Source: Candidatus Poribacteria bacterium (GTDB lineage: Bacteria > Poribacteria > WGA-4E > WGA-3G). Taken from it: 64,000 bases of DNA. Both the position numbers and the translations under genes were made by a program. Below the pieces are notes generated by a model. It did not search any database, was not told the origin of the DNA, and saw only the letters and a program-made list of their open reading frames with translations. Numbering within the stretch: position 1 is the first letter of the stretch; every line of letters starts with the position of its first letter. Below, piece after piece: positions 60,409-64,000 of the stretch. Location of the stretch: positions 2,400,001 through 2,464,000 of the forward strand of contig OZ251518.1 of NCBI GenBank assembly GCA_965242965.1. The letters run 5' to 3'.

Positions 60409-62509
60409 CCCGGACGCGGAGGTGGGACTGCTGGAGCAGTGCTACCACTTCGCGCAAAAAGCACACGAGGGACAACTTCGGAAATCCGGTGAGCCCTACT
60501 TTACACACTGCCTGAAGACAGCGGAGGAACTTGCCGCGCTGCGGTTGGATACACACACTATCTGCGCCGGGCTCCTGCACGATGTGCTTGAAGATACCGG
60601 GGTGACGCGCGCAGAGATGGACGTGCGCTTCGGACAGAATATCACGAATCTCGTTGAGGGTGTCACCAAGATCGGGAAATACAAATTCCGCGGCGGACAT
60701 CGGCAACGGCAAGCCGAAACCTATCGGAAACTGCTGATAGCCACCGCCGAGGATATGCGCGTCATTCTGATCAAACTCGCCGACCGGGTGCATAACATGG
60801 AGACGCTCAAGTTCCTCCCAGGGCAGAAGTGTCAACGGATTGCGAAAGAGACGCTGGAGATTTACGCGCCTATCGCACACCGGCTGGGCATCTGGCGCAT
60901 TATGAGCCGCTTGGAGGACCTGGCGTTCAAACATCTCTTCCCCACCGAATACCACGAAATCGCCAACCTGCTGGACGAAAAACTAGTGGAACGCGAGGCT
61001 TATTGCGAGATGATGGTAGCGCGCATTCGCGAAGAATTGGAAAATCAGGACATCTTCGCCGATGTGCACGGCAGGACCAAGCATATCTATAGCATTTACC
61101 AGAAAATGCAACAGAAAGGGACACCCTTCAAGGACATCTGCGATCTGGTTGGGCTCCGCATCCTCGTCAAAACGGATAGAGCCTGCTACCTGGCACTCGG
61201 CGCGCTGCACCAACGATGGCACTACCTCCCAGACCGGCTCCGAGACTGGATCGGGCAGCCGAAGAAGAATGGGTATAAGTCGCTTCATACGACGATTGTG
61301 GATAACGGGAAGCCGGTGGAAATCCAGATCCGCAGTTACGAGATGCACAAAATTGCAGAGGACGGCATCGCCGCGCATTGGAGTTACAAAGAGGGCGCGC
61401 CGAACTGCAAACAGGGGCATTCTATCTTCGCCAGCTATAAGCAGATGCTGGAGGATATACAGGATCCGCAGGAAGGCGCGCACCAGTTCGTTGAATCGAT
61501 GAAACTGGAGCTCTCTGACGACGAGGTCTACGTTTTCTCCCCGAAAGGCGATCTGTTCGCGTTGCCAACCGGTTCAACCGCCATCGATTTCGCCTATAAA
61601 ATCCACACCGATATCGGGAATACCTGTTGCGGTGCGGAGATTAACGGCACGATTTCGCCAATTCGACAGGAGTTGCAAAACGGGGACAGGGTGGAGATCT
61701 GGACGCACCCGAATTGTAAGCCGAGCCGCAGTTGGCTGCGCTATGTCAAAACGTCAAACGCGCGCAGCAAAATCAAGAACTGGTTCCGTGAGAAGGACCG
61801 GGCGGACGCGCTGGAACTCGGCAAAAAATTCCTCTATTCCGAATTGCGCGTCTCCACCCTGAACGCCCGCGATTATCTGAATTCCCCCAAACTGCTGGAT
61901 GTCGCCAAACAGCTGCGTCTCAAGAATATCGCAGAACTCTTTATCCGCATCGGCAAGCGCGAGGAATCCGCCGCGCATGTCGTCACCCTCCTCGAACCAG
62001 ACGCACCGGAACCTGAAACCCCCACACCGTTGAAAGAAGCCCCGATGCCTGTCCTCGAACTTGAAAACGGCATCGACCTCGGCATGATACGAATAATGAA
62101 GTGCTGTAACCCGATTCCCGGTGACGAGGTTATCGGTTATGTCACCCGCGGGCGCGGTGTCTCCGTGCATCGGAACGGGTGCATCCGCCTTCTTGATGAA
62201 CCCGAACGCCTCCTCAACGTAAAATGGCCCGAAAAGCAGAACGGAACCCATCGGCGTGACATCTATCCGGCGCAAATTAGTGTTGAGTGCAGTGACCGGC
62301 CGGGGATGCTCGGCGAGATCACCACGGTTATCGCGCAGTGCAAAGTGAACATCCGATGCGGCACCTTCCAACCCTCCGAGGTCACGCGCGCTAACGATGC
62401 CGCACAAGATCTGCTGACGTTAGATGTGACAGGGACTACGCAACTCGCCGAGGTGATGCAGGCTCTTCGGCATTTGAAAGGTGTCCAGCGTGTGACGCGT
62501 AAGTTCTAA
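60368..62509 (+). CDS. rel: bifunctional (p)ppGpp synthetase/hydrolase (RelA/SpoT)
   Basis: HEGQLRKSGEPY, LHDVLEDT, KLADRVHNM, YKSLHT, EIQIRS, TGS, CC and ACT domains. Confidence 0.95.
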   Translation: MSVEALISQIQDYNPDAEVGLLEQCYHFAQKAHEGQLRKSGEPYFTHCLKTAEELAALRLDTHTICAGLLHDVLEDTGVTRAEMDVRFGQNITNLVEGVTKIGKYKFRGGHRQRQAETYRKLLIATAEDMRVILIKLADRVHNMETLKFLPGQKCQRIAKETLEIYAPIAHRLGIWRIMSRLEDLAFKHLFPTEYHEIANLLDEKLVEREAYCEMMVARIREELENQDIFADVHGRTKHIYSIYQKMQQKGTPFKDICDLVGLRILVKTDRACYLALGALHQRWHYLPDRLRDWIGQPKKNGYKSLHTTIVDNGKPVEIQIRSYEMHKIAEDGIAAHWSYKEGAPNCKQGHSIFASYKQMLEDIQDPQEGAHQFVESMKLELSDDEVYVFSPKGDLFALPTGSTAIDFAYKIHTDIGNTCCGAEINGTISPIRQELQNGDRVEIWTHPNCKPSRSWLRYVKTSNARSKIKNWFREKDRADALELGKKFLYSELRVSTLNARDYLNSPKLLDVAKQLRLKNIAELFIRIGKREESAAHVVTLLEPDAPEPETPTPLKEAPMPVLELENGIDLGMIRIMKCCNPIPGDEVIGYVTRGRGVSVHRNGCIRLLDEPERLLNVKWPEKQNGTHRRDIYPAQISVECSDRPGMLGEITTVIAQCKVNIRCGTFQPSEVTRANDAAQDLLTLDVTGTTQLAEVMQALRHLKGVQRVTRKF

Positions 62510-62890
62510 AATCGCTCAACGTCGCGGGGACAGGCCCCCGCGCTATTGCCGGTAGGAGGAGACCTCCTGGTCTCGATATCGTCCGCGCAATCCAACGATC
62601 GCGGGGGACAGGCCCCCGCGCTACGAAAAAAATAACGCCTTCCTTTCACCGTAGGGCGAGGGCCTGTCCCTCGCCATCGTCCGCGCACTCCAATGATCGC
62701 GGGGGACAGGCCCCCGCGCTACGGGAAAAAACGCCCCCCCTCACCGTAGGGCGAGGGCCTGTCCCTCGCCATGCGTTTTGGTGTCGGACCGCATCACCCC
62801 TGTAGGTCAGGATCGCCTGATCCTGACCTGTTCGGGATCGGGCGATCCCGAACTACAGATGTGGGCCCAATGCCTTCCGGTATTCGCCAT
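62508..62890. repeat. REP mosaic between the convergent rel and rpmB genes
   Basis: Starts with the subterminal ATCGCTCAACGTCGCG motif; several hairpin modules. Confidence 0.8.
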
Positions 62891-62943
62891 CCCTCTTTCT
62901 TTCCCCAGCGCGCGGGACCGTCTGGCACCCGACAAAAAAACCG

Positions 62944-63156
62944 TCATGCAGGTGCCGGCATTCGTGAAATAACCTTCGTGACTTTCCCACTCCGCAAACA
63001 TTTAGTGCAGACTCGCACGCGTCTCGCGCCTTCTTCGGTTTGGATGCGCACCCGTTGCAGATTTGGGAGCCATCGCCGCTTCGTATGCCGCCGCGATTTA
63101 CTGATCTGGTTACCTGCCATCGGACGCTTGCCGCAGACATTACAGACTCGTGACAT
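62944..63156 (-). CDS. rpmB: 50S ribosomal protein L28
   Basis: MSRVCNVCGKRPMAGNQISKS..HTKRRWLPNLQ...VCTKCLRSGK; GAGGAGG RBS. Confidence 0.95.
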   Translation of the reverse strand: MSRVCNVCGKRPMAGNQISKSRRHTKRRWLPNLQRVRIQTEEGARRVRVCTKCLRSGKVTKVISRMPAPA

Positions 63157-63287
63157 GATTATGCCTCCTCTCTTTTTTTCCTTGATATTAAATCAAGCGA
63201 TAGGTTAAACTTATCTATTTGCCATACTCCCAACGCTAAAGCGATGGGATGCTGTTGGTGGTATTCTCATCCAACAGACTAACAGAT

Positions 63288-63316
63288 AGTATACCACACA
63301 AAACAACGTTTGTCAA
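63288..63316 (-). promoter_or_regulatory. rpmB promoter
   Basis: - strand TTGACA-N17-TATACT with TG extension. Confidence 0.7.
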
Positions 63317-63370
63317 ATTAAAATGCTAAAGCGGGTATTACCTCACCAGCCTGAAGTCTGGCATTTTATT

Positions 63371-64000
63371 CAGGGTGTTTCATAAATTCGTTGGCGCGCC
63401 CTCCCAGTCTCAATGCAAGACTCAAGCAGGATTTCCAAGATTTCCAAGATTTCGCAAGATATGAGCGGGATTTTCAAGATACGGACAAAGCGGATGCTTC
63501 GCAAGCTTCGCACCGCTTGTCCTTTTCAAGATTTTCAAGATTCTAGTTTTTGATGCACCGACACCGCGGGGCACGCTACAACAGCGTCGGTGCGTCAAAA
63601 ACCTAATCCTGGAAATCGTGTAAATCCTGTAAATCCTGCTCCGGATTTGCAAGATTTTGCAGGATTCTGTTTTTGTTCCCTTCCACCGTGCAGGCGTATC
63701 CGTTCCCCTCCCTGTAGTTCAGGATCGCCCGATCCTGAACCGTTTGTGATCAGGCGATCACAAACTACAGAGGGGGGCGCGAAGCGGGCACAAACGACAG
63801 AGAGCCCCCCTTTCACCGTAGGGCGAGGGCCTGTCCCTCGCCATGCCTCGCGCACTCCAACGATCGCGGGGGACAGCCCCCCGCGCTACGGGCGGCGAAA
63901 ATCTCCCCCTTCACCGTAGGGCGAGGAACAGGCTCTGTAGTTCAGGATCGCCAGATCCTGACCCGTTTGTGATCAGGCGATCACAAACTACAGAGGGGAA
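63371..64000. mobile_element. MITE-like element/REP mosaic running off the window end
   Basis: Left terminus CAGGGTGTTTCATAAATTCGTTGGCGCGCCCTCCC matches the 6549 element; 9-mer repeats and REP modules inside. Confidence 0.7.

Overview
Bacterial chromosomal window. The gene content and repeat style are reminiscent of Candidatus Poribacteria-like genomes, but that is inference only. Housekeeping and metabolic genes (moaDE, argE-like, pyrR-pyrC-carA-carB with a PyrR attenuator, nagB, holB, tmk, recJ, rel, rpmB) are interleaved with accessory and defence loci. The main one is a ~12.5 kb defence island at 40.3-52.7 kb. It holds an internally deleted BrnT toxin with an orphan antitoxin, and a phosphorothioation-like module (GIY-YIG + DGQHR protein + large ATPase + PAPS-reductase-family protein) directly followed by an SBD-HNH PT-dependent-type nuclease. 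It ends in a CBASS-like locus in which TWO unrelated CD-NTases flank one patatin/CapV effector. Duplicated promoter and gene-end remnants show that the PT-like module arose by duplication or permutation. Other accessory loci are tandem ABC/AAA-ATPase + small nuclease pairs with a third relic copy, a TdeIII/MjaII-like R-M system, four tandem 201-aa PD-(D/E)xK paralogs, and a DUF2946-like RGPP leader gene upstream of a His-rich lipoprotein and TonB receptor. Many intergenic regions carry mosaics of GTAG-headed REP-like hairpins. Several of these mosaics are enclosed by a ~15-bp terminal inverted repeat with an 8-bp target duplication, insert right behind -10 boxes and supply host stop codons. 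No rRNA, tRNA, CRISPR, integrase or transposase was recognised. All family assignments come from motif recognition by eye, not from database searches.
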